DNA of 64,000 nt from Centroscyllium fabricii (taxonomy: Eukaryota): the NCBI GenBank assembly GCA_051313645.2, contig JBNRSN020000029.1:21266001-21330000 (forward strand). Reading direction: 5' to 3'. Of this stretch, positions 25,845 to 38,360 are shown piece by piece. The stretch's first letter is position 1. Every line of letters begins with the position of its first letter. Both the position numbers and the translations under genes were made by a program. The notes beneath the pieces are model-generated. The model did not search any database, was not told where the DNA came from, and was given only the letters and a program-made list of their open reading frames with translations.

Positions 25845-26290
25845 CGAGTGTCTCCTCGCCGCGATGCACGTCCAATCGGCAGCCCGGGACATGGCGGTGC
25901 TTTTGGCGAACAACAGCCAATCCCACATCACCGGACCCAGGCGGGGCACTGGAAACAAAGCGGGAGCTGCACGCCGGCCGTGCACCAATCAAACAACGCC
26001 ACTGGAGACAGCGCGCGCCACATGCTGTGACGTTTGGAGCACGCTGTACGTTTTTATGTCAACGGCAGAGCCGCGAGAACAGGGGAGGGGGGGGCGGCGC
26101 CGCCACCAGCACCAAACGTCCGTCGGCGCTCATTACCTGCTGACCTCTCAGCTCATTGGGGGCCAATCAGGAGCCGCAGATAGCGCGGGAGTAAAGGCAA
26201 TGGAGGAAACCCCGCCCAGCACCAACATCAACTTGCATCGAGGCAGCGCCGTTACCGCAGCGAAACAGCCCAGAGTGTGCGGAATCAGAC
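25845..26290. promoter_or_regulatory. CpG-island-like patch with clustered CCAAT, GC-box and YY1-like motifs
   Basis: CCAATC at 25872, 25917, 25985 and 26163; ATTGG at 26155; GGCGGGGC at 25940; ACATGGCGG at 25889. CpG density is high relative to adjacent unique DNA. Confidence 0.55.
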
Positions 26291-26300
26291 ACAGCACTTC

Positions 26301-26388
26301 ATACATAGATACATAGACGATAGGAGCAGGATTAGGCCATACAGCCCCTCGAGCCTGCTTTGCCATTCGATGAGATCATGGCTGATTA
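26301..26388 (-). mobile_element. Short CR1/SINE 3' tail fragment
   Basis: ACATAGATACATAG tail plus GGAGCAGGATTAGGCCAT...GAGCCTGC...GATCATGGCTGAT, matching the other CR1 tails in the window. Confidence 0.8.
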
Positions 26389-26414
26389 TATCTACAAAGC
26401 AGTGTCCCTCTCTC

Positions 26415-26545
26415 TGTTCACCTTGATGAAGGAGCGACGCTCCGAAAGCTTGTGATTTAAAATAAAACGTTGGACTATAAACCTGGTGTTGTGTGACTTT
26501 TTGCATTTGTCCACCCCAGTCCAACACCGGCACCTCCACATTATG
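26415..26545 (+). mobile_element. Penelope-like element terminal repeat fragment with degenerate hammerhead motif
   Basis: TCAC-CTTGATGA-A-GGAGCgacGCTCC-GAAA-GCTT-GTGA followed by AATAAA and GTTGGACTATAAACCTGGTGTTGTG. Confidence 0.65.
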
Positions 26546-26643
26546 ACCTCTCCTACATTGATTGCAAAGCATTAACCGCAGCACTTTAAAAAATGTTGTG
26601 CGAATTGTCAAATTTCCACGCAGAAATCACATGTACGTGTAAT

Positions 26644-26973
26644 CACAGAAACAGATGATAGGAGAAGGAGTAGGCCATTCGGCCCTTCGAGCCTGCTCTG
26701 CCATTTTGATGAGATCATGGCTGATCATCTAAACCCAGCACCCACCCCCCCCCCCCCTTCCTACCCTCTCCCCATAGACACCCCCAACTCCAAGAACTAT
26801 ATCTCACACACATACTCATGGGCAATTTTTTTTAGTATCTCCAATTCACCTAACCTGCATGTCTTTGGGTGGTGGGAGGAAACCGGAGTACCCGGAGGAA
26901 ACCCACATGAACACGGGGAGAACATGCAAACTCCACACAGAGAGGTCCCGGGCTAAGCAGGATTCGAACCCAG
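26644..26973 (-). mobile_element. V-SINE, second subfamily, starting at the B box
   Basis: The minus strand starts CTGGGTTCGAATCCTGCTT, then V-domain and CR1-type tail (TTTCTGTG). No A box. Confidence 0.88.
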
Positions 26974-29185
26974 TCTACCAGGTTCTTGCCAGTCTTGCCC
27001 TTGAGGGGTTCGTACAGGGGCTGCATGAGTAGTGCCACCATCGCACAAAACGGTGGTAAAAATGTAACATGCCCAGGAACACCTGCAGGGCCTTCATGTT
27101 CTGCGGGCGTGGAAAGGCTGTCACCATCTCTACCTTCACAGGTAAAGGCACCGCTCCCTCCGATGTGATGCGATGCCCCAGGGAATCAATTTGCTGCAGG
27201 CTAAACTGACACTGATGATGAGGACGTGTAGACGGAGGCGTTAGAAAAGGGTGCGTAGGTGACCGACATGTTGTGCCTTAGTCGGACTGGCAATCAGGAT
27301 GTCATCTAGATAGATGAAGAGGAACTTGCGGTCTCGAAGCACGGAGTCCATCAGGCATTGGAAAGCCTGGGCGGCATTCTTTAAGCCGAATGGCATTCTT
27401 AAGAATTCGAAGAGGCCAACGGGGTGATGACTGCGGTTTACTGGACGTCCTGTGGATAAACTGGAACCTGGTGGTAGCCCCGGACGAGGTCGACCTTGTA
27501 GAAGATGGTGTTACCTGCCAAATAGGCAGAAAAATCTTGAATGTGGGGGATCCGGTACCGATCCGGTGTGGTTGGATCGTTAAGACGTCGATAGTCGTTG
27601 AAGGTCCGCCATCGGTCGCCAGGCTTTGGGACGATGTGGAGAGGTGAAGACCAGGGACTTTTCAACCGGTGAATAATCCCCAACTATTCCATGGTCACAG
27701 ACTCCGCCGTTGCGACTGCCATCTTGCATTTTCGAGACATTGGGCCCGCCGTAGACTGGGGGGGGGCCATTGGTGGTAATGTGATGTTCCATCCCATGTC
27801 TGGTGGATGTGGACGAAAAAGTGGGCCTCGTTAGACCAGGGAATTCCATGAGCAGCCGAGCAAACTGATCAGGCGTCAGGAAAGCGCAGGAGATGGGGCG
27901 TTTCATCGTGTTACTGTGGGAACAAGGGAGGGAATGAAAAGTTGTCGCATTGATCAGCTGCCGATTCCGGACGTCGACCAGGAGGTTGTTGGCGCACAGA
28001 AAATCTGGGCTGAGTAGGGGCTGGGAATCTTTGGCCATGAAAAAATCTCAATGGAAACATTGCCCCCCGAAGCACATTTTCACGCACCGCCTGCTGAAGG
28101 TCCCGATTGCCCCGCCATTGGCCACCTCAAGCTTGGGTCCGTGCTTCCCCGTCTGGACATCAAGGGTGGATGCGGGCAAAATGCTGCACTGCGCACTGGT
28201 GTCACACAGAAACCTATGACCATTGAGGGTATTGGTTATGAAGAGCAATTTTCCCGCACTGCCAACCGCCATTGCGGCTGCGGGATGCTTGTTTGACTTG
28301 GTCTTTGGTGGCCGCAGCGTCAATTGGTCTTTTACTTTGGTGCAAAAATGCAGGGAGGGCAGCAGCACCTCGCCAACGCGCCGAACTGCGCATGGTAGAA
28401 GCACAGCCCAGCAGTCTGACGAACTGGGGCGGTGTCCATTGGGGCTGGGAGCCTCGTGGTGGTGCAGTAGTATCGAGTGAACCTGAAAATGTTATCCGCC
28501 TCAGCAGCGAGGGTTGTGCAGTGTGTGATTTTGGAGCTAGCTAGGGGCACTTGTACGTGCTCAGGTAGCTGGGTGAGGAATAGCTCCCAAAATAGGAAGC
28601 ATTGCGGTTTGGAACTGAGGAGTGTGAGCATCTGGCTCATCAACTCCGAGGGCTTGGAGTCCCTGAGCCCGGGCAGCGAGAGTAGTCGGCGGGCATGATC
28701 CAATTTAGTGAGCCAGAAGACCGGCAGCAATCGCTCTTTGATGTGTGTCATACTTGCGCTCCGCAGGGGGCTTTTCCAGGAGGCTGACGATCCTGGAGGC
28801 TGTGGAGCTGTCGAGTGCAAGACCACATATAGAAATTTGGTCTGATCTGCCACGATGTCTCGCAGGGCGAATTGGGCCTCCACCTGAACGAACCACGTGG
28901 GCACCTGCTGCTCCCAGAACTGTGGCAGCTTCACTTCAACTGCTTTGGCTGCCATCCTGTGTAATAGTCTGTGAAATCGTTCAACAAGACTCGGGGTCAC
29001 CACTGTGGGAATTGACGATTTTCCATGCAGAAATGAGGTCCGCACGGGAGCACAATCAAAACAGGTCTTTATTTTATGAAACAGTAGTAGGTACTGCCAG
29101 GGCAGCCCCGTGGCCGACGTCTTGACATCATCACGCTCACCTGCGATTTCCCGCACTGTTAAAGGGGCCACGCCCCATATGTACA
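26974..29185 (-). mobile_element. Degenerate, 3'-truncated Gypsy LTR retrotransposon with tRNA-Trp PBS
   Basis: LTR 29004-29185 (TG...CA, AATAAA). PBS TGGTGACCCCGA at 28991-29002. Gag KLPQFW..WFVQVEAQF and CFYH..C..PC; protease FLCDTSAQ; RT SPWSSPLHIVPK, DYRRLN, KVDLVRGYHQVP and YLDD near 27300. Frameshifted. Confidence 0.93.
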
Positions 29186-29419
29186 AACATTATATGCACA
29201 GCACAGTGATGCTAAACACCATGGTCGAAGAGCAGGCTGGTTTTAGGATTTTGTTAAAGTGAATTATATACACTTATAGTCAGTGGCCCCGCCACAATGT
29301 TGCATTATTATCAATTTCAAAAAAATGTAATCTCTTTTCGATCTTTCAAAGGGAGCTAACTCTCCTTACTCCCTCTCCTTTCTCCCTCGCCCAACAGATA
29401 AATATCATTGACTTCTAAC

Positions 29420-31510
29420 TGTCCTCTGAAATGACCCAGCAATTAACTTAGTTGTATCAAACCACTTGGGAAAGAGTAATAAGAATAAAACTGGATGACC
29501 CACCCTGTATCGACCTTGGCTCCGGCTTCAGACACAACAATGCCACACACAGCTCCATCGACCCTGCAGAGTCCTCTTCAATAACATCTGGGGACCTGTG
29601 CCAAAATTGGGAGAGCAACAGCCTGATATAGTTTTACTCCCAGAATCATACCTTTCAGCCAATGTCTCAAACTACTCCATCACCATCCCTGAGAATGTGC
29701 TGTCCCAGCAGCAGGACAGAACCACCAGGGGTGGCAGCACAGCGGTATATAGTCAGGAAGCAGTGGCCCTGGGAGTCCTTAACATTGACTCCAGACCCCA
29801 TGAGTTCTCATGGGTTCAGGTCAAGCACGGGCAAGGAAATCTCCTGCTGAATATCACTTACCACCCACCGTCAGCTGATGAATCGGTACACCTCCTTGTT
29901 GAACACCATTGGAAGAAGCACTGAGAGTAGCAAGGGCATAGAATGTAATCTGGGTGAGGACTTCAATGTGCATCACCAAGAGTGGTTTAGTAGCTCAAGC
30001 TGGGCATGCGGCAAGTGTTGAGAGTTCAAATACAAGGGAAAAACCCACTTGACCTCATCCTCACCAATCTACCTATCACAGATGCATCTGTTCATGGTCA
30101 ATTTTTTGGTATTGGAAGCAGTGCCAACTGCACATTCCCGTCTTCACACCGAGGACACCATCATGTGGCACTACTACCGTGATTCAGAGCAGACCTAGCA
30201 GCTCAAAACGTGGCTTCTACATGGCACTTTGGACCATCAGGAGCAGCATAATTGTACTCCATTAGAATCTGCAACCTCACGGCCCGGCATATCCCTCACT
30301 GTGCCATTATTATCAAGCCAGGGGACCAACCTGGTTCAATGAGGATTGTAGAAGAGCATGCTAGGAGCAGCACTTGGCCTACCTAAAATTGCTGTGCCAA
30401 CGTGGTGAAGCTACAACACAGGACTACATAAATGAAAGTCTGCAGAAGCAGCATACTATAGATAGAGCTCAGTGATCTCACAAATACTGGCTCAGGTCAA
30501 AGATCTGCAGTCCTGCCACATATAGTAGTGAATGGTAGTGGACAATTAAACATCTATGGGGAAGAGGAGGCTCCATGAGCATCAGCACCCTCAATGATGA
30601 TGGAGTCCAGCATGTGAGTACAAAAGACAAGGCTGAAGCGTTTGCAACCATCTTCAGCCAGGCGTACCGAGTGGATGATCCATCTCGACCTCCTGCTGAG
30701 GTCCTACCATCACAGAAGCCAGTCTTCAGCCAATTTAATTCACTCCACGGGGTAGCAAGAAACAGCTGAGCGCATTGGATACAACAATGGTTTTGGACAC
30801 CAACCTAGCTGTTCCTGTACAGCTACAACATTGGCAACAACCCGACAAAGTGGAAGATGCCTAGGTCCAATCTGTCCACAAAAAGTGAAAATCCAATCCA
30901 GCCACGTACTGCCTCATCAGTCTACTCTCAATCATCAGCAAAGTGATGGAAGGTGTTGTTGACTGTGCTATTATGTGCCACTTACTCAACAATAACCAGC
31001 TCACCAATGCTCAGTTTGGGTACCGCCAGGACCACTCAGCTCAAGACCTCATTATAGCCTTGGTCCAAACATGGAAAAAAGAGCTAAATTCTAAAGGTGA
31101 GGTGAAAGTGACTGCCCTTGACATCAAGGCAGGATTTGATGGAGTTTGGCATCAAGGAGCCTTAGTAAACTTGAAGTCAGTGGGAATCAGGGGGAAAACA
31201 TCCCACTGGCTGGATTCATACCTAGCTCAAAGGAAGATGGTTGTGGTTGTTGGAGGTCAATCAGCACAGCCCCAGGACATCGCTTCAGGAGTTCCTCAGG
31301 GCAATGTCCAAGTCACGACCATCTTCAGCTGATTCATCAATGAACTTTCCTTCATCAAATGGTCAGAACTGGGGATGTTCGCTGATGACTTTAGGATGTT
31401 CAGTGCCATTCACAATTACTGAGATAATGCAGCAGTCTGTGCCCACCTGCAGCAAGACATGGACAACATTGAGGCTTGGGCTGATATGTGGTAAGTAACA
31501 TTTGCACCAA
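29420..31510 (+). mobile_element. Degenerate CR1/L2-group LINE (APE endonuclease plus RT)
   Basis: QQPDIVLLPESYL and YHPPS (endonuclease); QFGYRQDHS, ALDIKAGFDGVWH, GVPQG and FADD (RT). Multiple stops and frameshifts. Confidence 0.88.
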
Positions 31511-31519
31511 GGCAAAAAT

Positions 31520-33135
31520 ACATTCGATTGCAAAGCAAAAACTCGATGGGAAAAGTCATCGAACCGTGGCTATTTAAGATGTTAAGGAAAGTGTTAGATT
31601 TAAAGAAGGATATTATAATGTTGCAAAGAAGAAGCCTGAGGGTTGGGAGAGTTTCAGAAACCAGCAAAGGTTGAACAAAAATAGATAGAAAGGGAACAAA
31701 TAGAATAGGATTGAAAGCTAGCAAGAAATATGAAAGCAGATTGTAAGAGCTTCTGCAAGTATGTAAAAATGAAGAGACTTTCACAAGTACGTGTTGGTCC
31801 CTTAGAGGCTGAGCCAGGAGAAATTATTATGGGGGAAAAGGAAATGGCAGAAACGTTAAACAAATATGTTCTATCTGTCTTCACAGTAGAAGACACAAAG
31901 AGCCTGCCAAAAATGGTGGGGAACCAAGGGTCGAATGAGGGCAAGGAACTTAATGTAATTACTATAAGTAGAGAAAAGGTATTAGAGAAATTAATGTGAC
32001 TAAAATCCCTTGGAACTGACGGCCTACATCCTAGGGTTCTAAAAGAGGAGGCTGAAGAGATAATGGATGCATTGGTCTTGATCTTCCAAAATGCAGGAAT
32101 CCAAGATTCTGGAATGGCCCCAGCAGATTGGAAGGTCGCAAATGTAAAACCACTATTCAAGAAAGGAGGGAGAGAATAAACAGGGAACTACAGGCCAGTT
32201 AGTCTGAAATCAGTCGGCTGGAAAATGCTGGAATCCATTGTTAAGGAAATGGTATCAGGGCACTTATAAAATCATAACATGATTAGACAGAGTCAACATG
32301 GTTTTATGAAAGGGAAATCATTTTTGACAAATTTATTAGAGTTTATCGACGGAGTAAATGCAGGATAGATAAAGGGGAACCAGTGGATGTAGTATATTTG
32401 GATTTCCAAAAGGCATTGGATAAGGTGCCACAAAAAAGGTTCTTCCACAAGAGTAGGGCTCATGGGGTTGGGGGTAATATAATAGCATGGATAGAGGATT
32501 GGGTAATGGACAGAAAACAGAGACTGGGGATAAACGTATCTTTTTCAGTTTGGCAGGCTGTAACTAGTGGGGTGCTGCAAGGATCAGTGTTTGGTCCTCA
32601 GCTATTTACAATCTGTATTAATGAGCTAGATGAGGGGATCAAATGTAATGTATTCAAGTTTGCTGATGATACAAAGCGAGGTGGGACTATAAGCTCTGAG
32701 GAGAACAGAAAGAGTCTGAAAAGGGATATAGATAGACTGAGTGAGTGGGCAGTAAGGTGGCAGTAGGAGCACAATGTGGGGTATTGTGAGGTTATTCACT
32801 TTGGTCGGAAGAATAGAAAGACAATATTTTTTTAAATGGTGTGATACTTTCAAAAGTTGATGTTCATAGAGATGTGGGTGTCCTCGATGAGGAGGGATTT
32901 CTTTACTCAGAGTGTTGTGGATCTTTGGAATTCTCTGCCCCAGCGGACTGTGATTGCTGAGCCTTTGAGTATTGCGAAGGCAGAGGTAGGTAGTTATTTT
33001 GACTCTGTGGAATTCAAGGAAATGAAGATCGGGCAGGAAAGTGACGTTGAGTTTGATGATCAGCCATGATCTTATTGAATGCCGGAGCAAAATCAAAGAG
33101 CCATATGATATTCTCCAGCTCATTTTTCTAATGTT
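31520..33135 (+). mobile_element. CR1 LINE ORF2 fragment, internally deleted, with 3' UTR
   Basis: KSFCKYVK..VGPLE..EMAETLNKY; VVYLDFQKALDKVP, GVLQGSVFGPQLF, KFADDTK; RRDFFTQSVVDLWNSLP. Confidence 0.93.
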
Positions 33136-33189
33136 CTCTTTTGTTCTTATATTCTTATGTTCTTATCTCTCAGACTAACTATAAGTCTT

Positions 33190-34060
33190 CTCTTTTCTAA
33201 TTAAACAAGCCCCAAACTGTTTATTCTTACGATAGCTGCAATCGCTCCATGCTGGTAGCAGCCTTGTAAATCATTATTGCACTTTCTCCAGTGCTTCGCT
33301 GACCTTTTTATAGCCTGGAGCCCAAAACTGAGCAAAGTGCGGCCTGACCCCGAGCCTATACAAATTTAACATAACTTCATTAACATAGAAACATAGAAGA
33401 TAGGAGCAGGAATAGACCATTCGGCCCCTCGAGCCTGCTCCACCATTCAATGAGGTCATGGATGGTCATTCAAATTCAGTACCCTGTCCCTGCTTTCTAC
33501 CGATATCCCTTGATCCCTTTAGCCGTAAGAAATATATCCAACTCCTTCTTGAATATATTTAATGAACTGGTCTCTACTGCCTTCTGTGGTAGAGAATTCC
33601 ACAGGTTCACAACTCTCTGGGTGAAGAAATTACTCCTCATCTCTGTCCTAAATGGCTTACCCCTTATCCTTAGGCTGTGACCCCTGTCTGTTTCTGGACT
33701 CCCCCACCATCGGGAACATCCTTCCTGCATCTAGTCTGTCCAGTCCTGATAGAATTTTATAAGTTTCAATGAGATCCCCTCTCATTCTTCTAAACTCCAG
33801 CGACTACTAGCCCAATTGAGCCAATCTCTCTTCCTGTGTCATTGAATTACTTTTTGAATTCTGTACGCCTGTAAATACATCCCAGTACATTCTCAGCATT
33901 TTTAATTGGTTTGGTGACATGTGATGTTGCTTTTAATGACAGGTTTACCTGCATCCCTAGATTTTTTTAGGACTAGTGGTTGTTATATTTTTCCTACAGA
34001 ATTTCATTACCTCACAATTAGTTATGTTAAAGTTTATTTGCCAGTAACTGCCCAGTCTGT
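33190..34060 (-). mobile_element. Nested CR1 fragments: a younger 3' end at 33384-33840 inside an older copy
   Basis: RGHSLRIRGKPFRTEMRSNFFTQRVVNLWNSLPQ and an ACATAGAAACATAG tail. The older flank encodes LYR..VRPH..QFWAP.YKK..EALEKVQ. Confidence 0.85.
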
Positions 34061-34304
34061 AAGTTAGTTTAATATTTGTTGATTTGTTTATTGCCTTGTG
34101 CATATTGAATCATTTTTTTTCAAATTATGTTGAAATAAAATCAATGTAAAAACATATTTGAAGTTAATTTACCAGAAAGATAACTTTGACTTTGTTCTTT
34201 GTTTTATAATTAAATCTGTCTCAGATGAAATTCACTGTTTAAAGCACTTACTCACTGAGTTGTTTCTATTTGTTCAGTTTAGTATGTTTACCTGACGATT
34301 GTCG

Positions 34305-34550
34305 AAAGATGTACGGGTTAGCTTGATTGGCCAGGATAAATTGACCCTTAGTGTTAGGGGGATTTAATATGTGGGGTTACGGGGATAGGGTGGGATGTGT
34401 GTCGGTGCAGGCTCGATAGGGATCGAGGGATATGGGGAGAAGGCAGGGGACAGGGTGCTGGGTTTGGCTGATCAGCCATGACCTCATTGAATGGGGGAGC
34501 AGGCTCGAAGGGCCGAATGGCCTACTCCTGCTCCTATCTTCTATGTTTCT
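34305..34550 (+). mobile_element. 5'-truncated V-SINE with long CR1-type tail
   Basis: The body matches 35498-35608 and the copy at 8244. Tail GGCCTACTCCTGCTCCTATCTTCTATGTTTCT. Confidence 0.88.
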
Positions 34551-35340
34551 ATTGTATGTACAGTTCTATTCTTAAAGCAAACATTCGTTAACTTAACGTA
34601 ATTATTTTACCACTTCTGCAGTCCAATATTCACAAGCCATCAGGATAAAACATTGTCAACGTGTTGTTATTGGATCATTGACATAAAATCGTACGTTGAG
34701 CGGTTATGTATTTATTCAACTTCTGTCGGTTAAAGCAGTCAATTGTTGTTAAGGTCTGAAACCCTTACTTATTTTTCAAAGAACTGATAATAAATCGGTA
34801 AATTCAGTATCTGCAGAGAGATTTCTGACAAAGTTAATTTCACCTCCATGGCCGTCCACCAAAAAACCCTCCCAGTCCCACTAATAGTGTCAATGCACTT
34901 TGTACTGCTCCCTCGCCAGAAAACAGATTCCATTCATCATTTCTGCAAGACTCCGGTTCTACCTCTGCGGTACTGGCAAAGCACAGGATAATCCAGGGAT
35001 TATTTCTTCCCGTTCCCAGTTCGTCTTAAACCCAAGCACCTTCCTCTCAGTCTTTATTAATCTCAGAACTGCTACCGCAGCGCTGCAGAACCAGGAGCCT
35101 TCACTTTTTCCTGTCACACCTCAGTGCACCGACTGCAAAACTGCGGCATTTAATCTAGATCCATAATCTGATGTTTCTAAATCTAGAATCCGTGTCCCAG
35201 CATTAATAAATATTAGCTACTTGCCTCCCCATTGGGCAAAACCTAAGCTCACCCACTGCCCTGCAGGTGAGCCACAGGACTCCCAACCAGCGCTCTGATA
35301 TTCTAGAACACGACCATTGTTACCACAATCTATCCCACAG

Positions 35341-35649
35341 GGCGGTACGGTGGCATAGTGGTTAGCACTGTTGCCTCACAGCGCTAGGGGCCCGGGTTCA
35401 AATCCGGCCTCGGGTGACCGTCTGTGTGGAATTTGCACATTCTCCCCGTGTCTGCGTGGGTTTCCTCCGGGTGCTCCGGTTTCCTCCCACAGTCCAAAGA
35501 TGTGCGGGTTAGGTTGATTGGCCAGGATAAATTGACCCTTAGTGTTAGGGGGATTGAATATGTGGGGTTGCGGGGATAGGGTGGGATATGTGTCGGTGTA
35601 GTCTCGATGGGCCGAAATGGCCTCTTTCTGCACTGTTGGGATTCTATGA
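35341..35649 (+). mobile_element. Full-length HE1-like V-SINE with short tail
   Basis: A box TGGCATAGTGG, B box GGTTCAAATCC, V-domain, tail GCACTGTTGGGATTCTATG. Confidence 0.92.
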
Positions 35650-36412
35650 CTCGTACTTCAAGCGTAGTTCAAAGCTGACCCCACACTCCCAACAGTAACG
35701 TTAAGTGGCGGAGACAGTGCTTCATCTTGTTATCTATTCTCAATCACTTTATTGTGTGCTAGGTTGTAAACAGGTAAGTCATGAATTCAGATCGTAGTGC
35801 ACGATCTTTTACACAAGAAACAATACCACGGATTCCGTGTTGAACCAGGAATGAACAGAATCTGTGTATTATTGCCGAAATACAAATAAAAAACAAGCAC
35901 ATCATGTCATACATTTTCTTGCTCAGTAACCTTAAACCAGTAGCAGTGAGAATATGTAATGATTCTTATCGAGCTTATCCGGTCTGTAATGCTCAATTAC
36001 CACGGCCGGACCTTGCAATTTCTCCGCTCTCGAAGTAGCAAGCCCGGGCCCCTGTCTCCCGTTTTTTCAGTTTAATTGAAATTAAAATTAGGTTGGAGGG
36101 CGCAGAACCAGGAAACTCCGGCCTATAGGCTGTCACTGAGGTTGAGCAATTGGATGGAAAGTTACTCTCTGCACATTTGCTACTGAACGTTTTGCGTCCA
36201 TTTGCAGGGCTGTAATTGAAGTAATTTTAGTTTTGCACGATAGTGTCCAATTGATTCTATCACATTAGATGCCCATTATTCACTACTTCCTGTTTCTTTT
36301 GCATTTCAGACAATGCTGCTGGTGTGCGGTCAGATCAATATCGCCCCTTTTCGATTCATATCCACAGTTAAAATGATTCCTTTTCTGTTTTAATTCGGTG
36401 AAGACATTTAAC

Positions 36413-37317
36413 TTACTGAAATAAATACGTTATTGCTCCCAGGGGGCGCTTAAGGATGTTTATCAACTCATCTCTGAATTTACTCTGGGACACTGCATAA
36501 ATAAACGTGTTTGTGCAACAACTCAAAGTGGGAAGCATATATCCGGATAGTTCCATAATAGTGAAAGGGTTAGTATAATTTGTCTTTAAAAATTGACTAT
36601 CTGCAAATTGAACAACTATATAAGATGTGAATATTACCATCCATGACATTATAAAACTGGCAGATATGGCGAGCAGTAAAATTATGGATTTCCTTCGGTT
36701 CTCCATCTCTGGATCATTGTGATTCTCAGCATTGTTGTTTCCACGAAGTCGCCTTCTCGCTCTATTGGCCAGCACAATGTGCCTAATGGTCAGAGCATTG
36801 AGCAGTAAAATCAACAGAAATGGAGCAAGTGGGGTTAACAGTGTTTCCATCCACAAAAATGCTACCCATATGCGTAAGGTGTAGAAGCTTACTTTTACAG
36901 AGCAGGACCATGGCACGTTGTTAATTATTTCCCGAGGTTCATATACAAAGTAGATTGGAACATTTTCTAACACGCTCAGCCCACACACCACAGTTATAAC
37001 AACAGCTGCAGTCTCTTTGGTGCAATATCTTGTTCGCAATCTTTGGCAACAAATGGCCACAAATCGATCAAAGGTGAAAGCGACAGTTAACCAGACAGAG
37101 CAATCAAAGGAAGCAAAATTAAAGGCGAGATTGAGACTACAAATGGGAGTGTAGTTCAGAAATGAGTGTGGAAAATAAGCGTCACTAATCTGATACAGGA
37201 TTACAGCAAATATTAGGACCAGTAGATCAGCCGTTGCCATGGACACCAGATAACTGGTGATGCATTTGGAGAGTCCGACCCTTCCACGGGAGAGAACCAC
37301 AATTGTCGCTAAATTAG
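36413..37317 (-). CDS. Class A GPCR, GPR139-like paralog family, coding exon 2
   Basis: Uninterrupted frame with TM motifs YLVSMATADLL, SVWLTVAFTFDRFVAICC, PFLLILLLNALT and SCCTNTFIY. A polypyrimidine tract and acceptor TTTCTCCTCTTTGCAG end at 37318, so the ORF-track start at 37402 is intronic. Confidence 0.92.
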
Positions 37318-38184
37318 CTGCAAAGAGGAGAAAGATGAAATTACTGAATCTCCTTATATTGAGAGGATAGTCACTCGACAGTTTATTGGCGTGACACTGC
37401 ATGCATTTCTAACCTTGGCCTTCAAAAGTCTCTCTGGGGATGTTTCAACTGAACACACAGGGAGAAATCCCACGGGATAGTGGGCAATGCTTGATTTACT
37501 ACCCGCCCAATATTACTCCTCATTATCTTCAGTAGAGAGTCGAATCTGCACAGTGTTAAACCAGCATTGCTGCCGATCCTGTCAGTTTATCGAGCGGTGG
37601 GTTACTTTATCATTGCTCAACGGTGCGAGGTTGATTGGCTGGTGCGTTGAAAGGAAATTCTGGCCAAGTATCCACCTGTTAATACAAGCCGCCATATTAT
37701 CCATCCTGTGGTATTAATTTGCAGGGAAACCCATCAGCTTATGCAGAGGCAGTGGTTCCAGCCTCCAGATTGCTGTATCTGTCTAAATCCGGCTGCAAAG
37801 AATACAATCTTCCCCATAGCTGCCGGTGCCATCATTACAAACTCTGCCGCACCTTGATTTTGGGATTCAAGCAGCGTGTTGGCCATTACTGTGCTTGCTC
37901 ACACCATTAACCAGCATCAATTTAATGCAGCATCCAACATCGCTCAGTTTCACACTCGCAGCCTTCAGGGCTGCCCTTTGAGTGTAAACTTTCCGAGTAA
38001 CTGCCGCTTTTCCAGATCTCGCTTTTCACTGGTAACAGTGACATACAATCGCTGCTGCATTCCCAGAAATTTAGTGGGAAACACACCTTGATGGATAATT
38101 AAAACTTTCCAACAATATTAATCAACTGGAACCCAGGTGCGATGCTAGTATTTGGCTCAGATTGAAATTTACATATATAAATAT

Positions 38185-38360
38185 AAAATGCTGTAAATCT
38201 TCAGCAGGTCAGACAGAATATCTGGTGAGAGAAACATAGTTAAAGTTTTAGGTCGATGATATTTCATCAGACCTGGTCATCGACCTGAAACTTTAAATGT
38301 GTTTCTCTCCACATGTGTTACCTCGGCTGCTGAGGCTTCCATAATCCGCTGTATTTCGCT
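38185..38360. mobile_element. Palindromic MITE-like element made of two inverted Penelope terminal repeats, in the GPCR intron
   Basis: Arms 38229-38259 and 38277-38308 are reverse complements (28/31), extending more weakly outward. They resemble the Penelope tail at 43550-43620. Confidence 0.7.

Noticed and set aside
25834-26316. 160-aa ORF over the CpG patch
   Set aside because: It starts at a non-ATG codon within the satellite, has no recognisable domain, and is expected by chance in GC-rich DNA.
35341-35415. tRNA genes here and at ~8575-8644 and ~39473-39545
   Set aside because: These are SINE heads followed by SINE bodies and tails, with no convincing complete cloverleaf.
36004-36123. 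Possible 120-bp Harbinger-type MITE (GGCCGGA...TCCGGCC)
   Set aside because: Only a 10/13 terminal match and no matching TSD, which is insufficient support.
37318-37402. ORF-track N-terminus of the GPCR (MQCHANK...)
   Set aside because: It lies in the intron upstream of a clear acceptor. The real TM1 start is encoded at 38637-38706.
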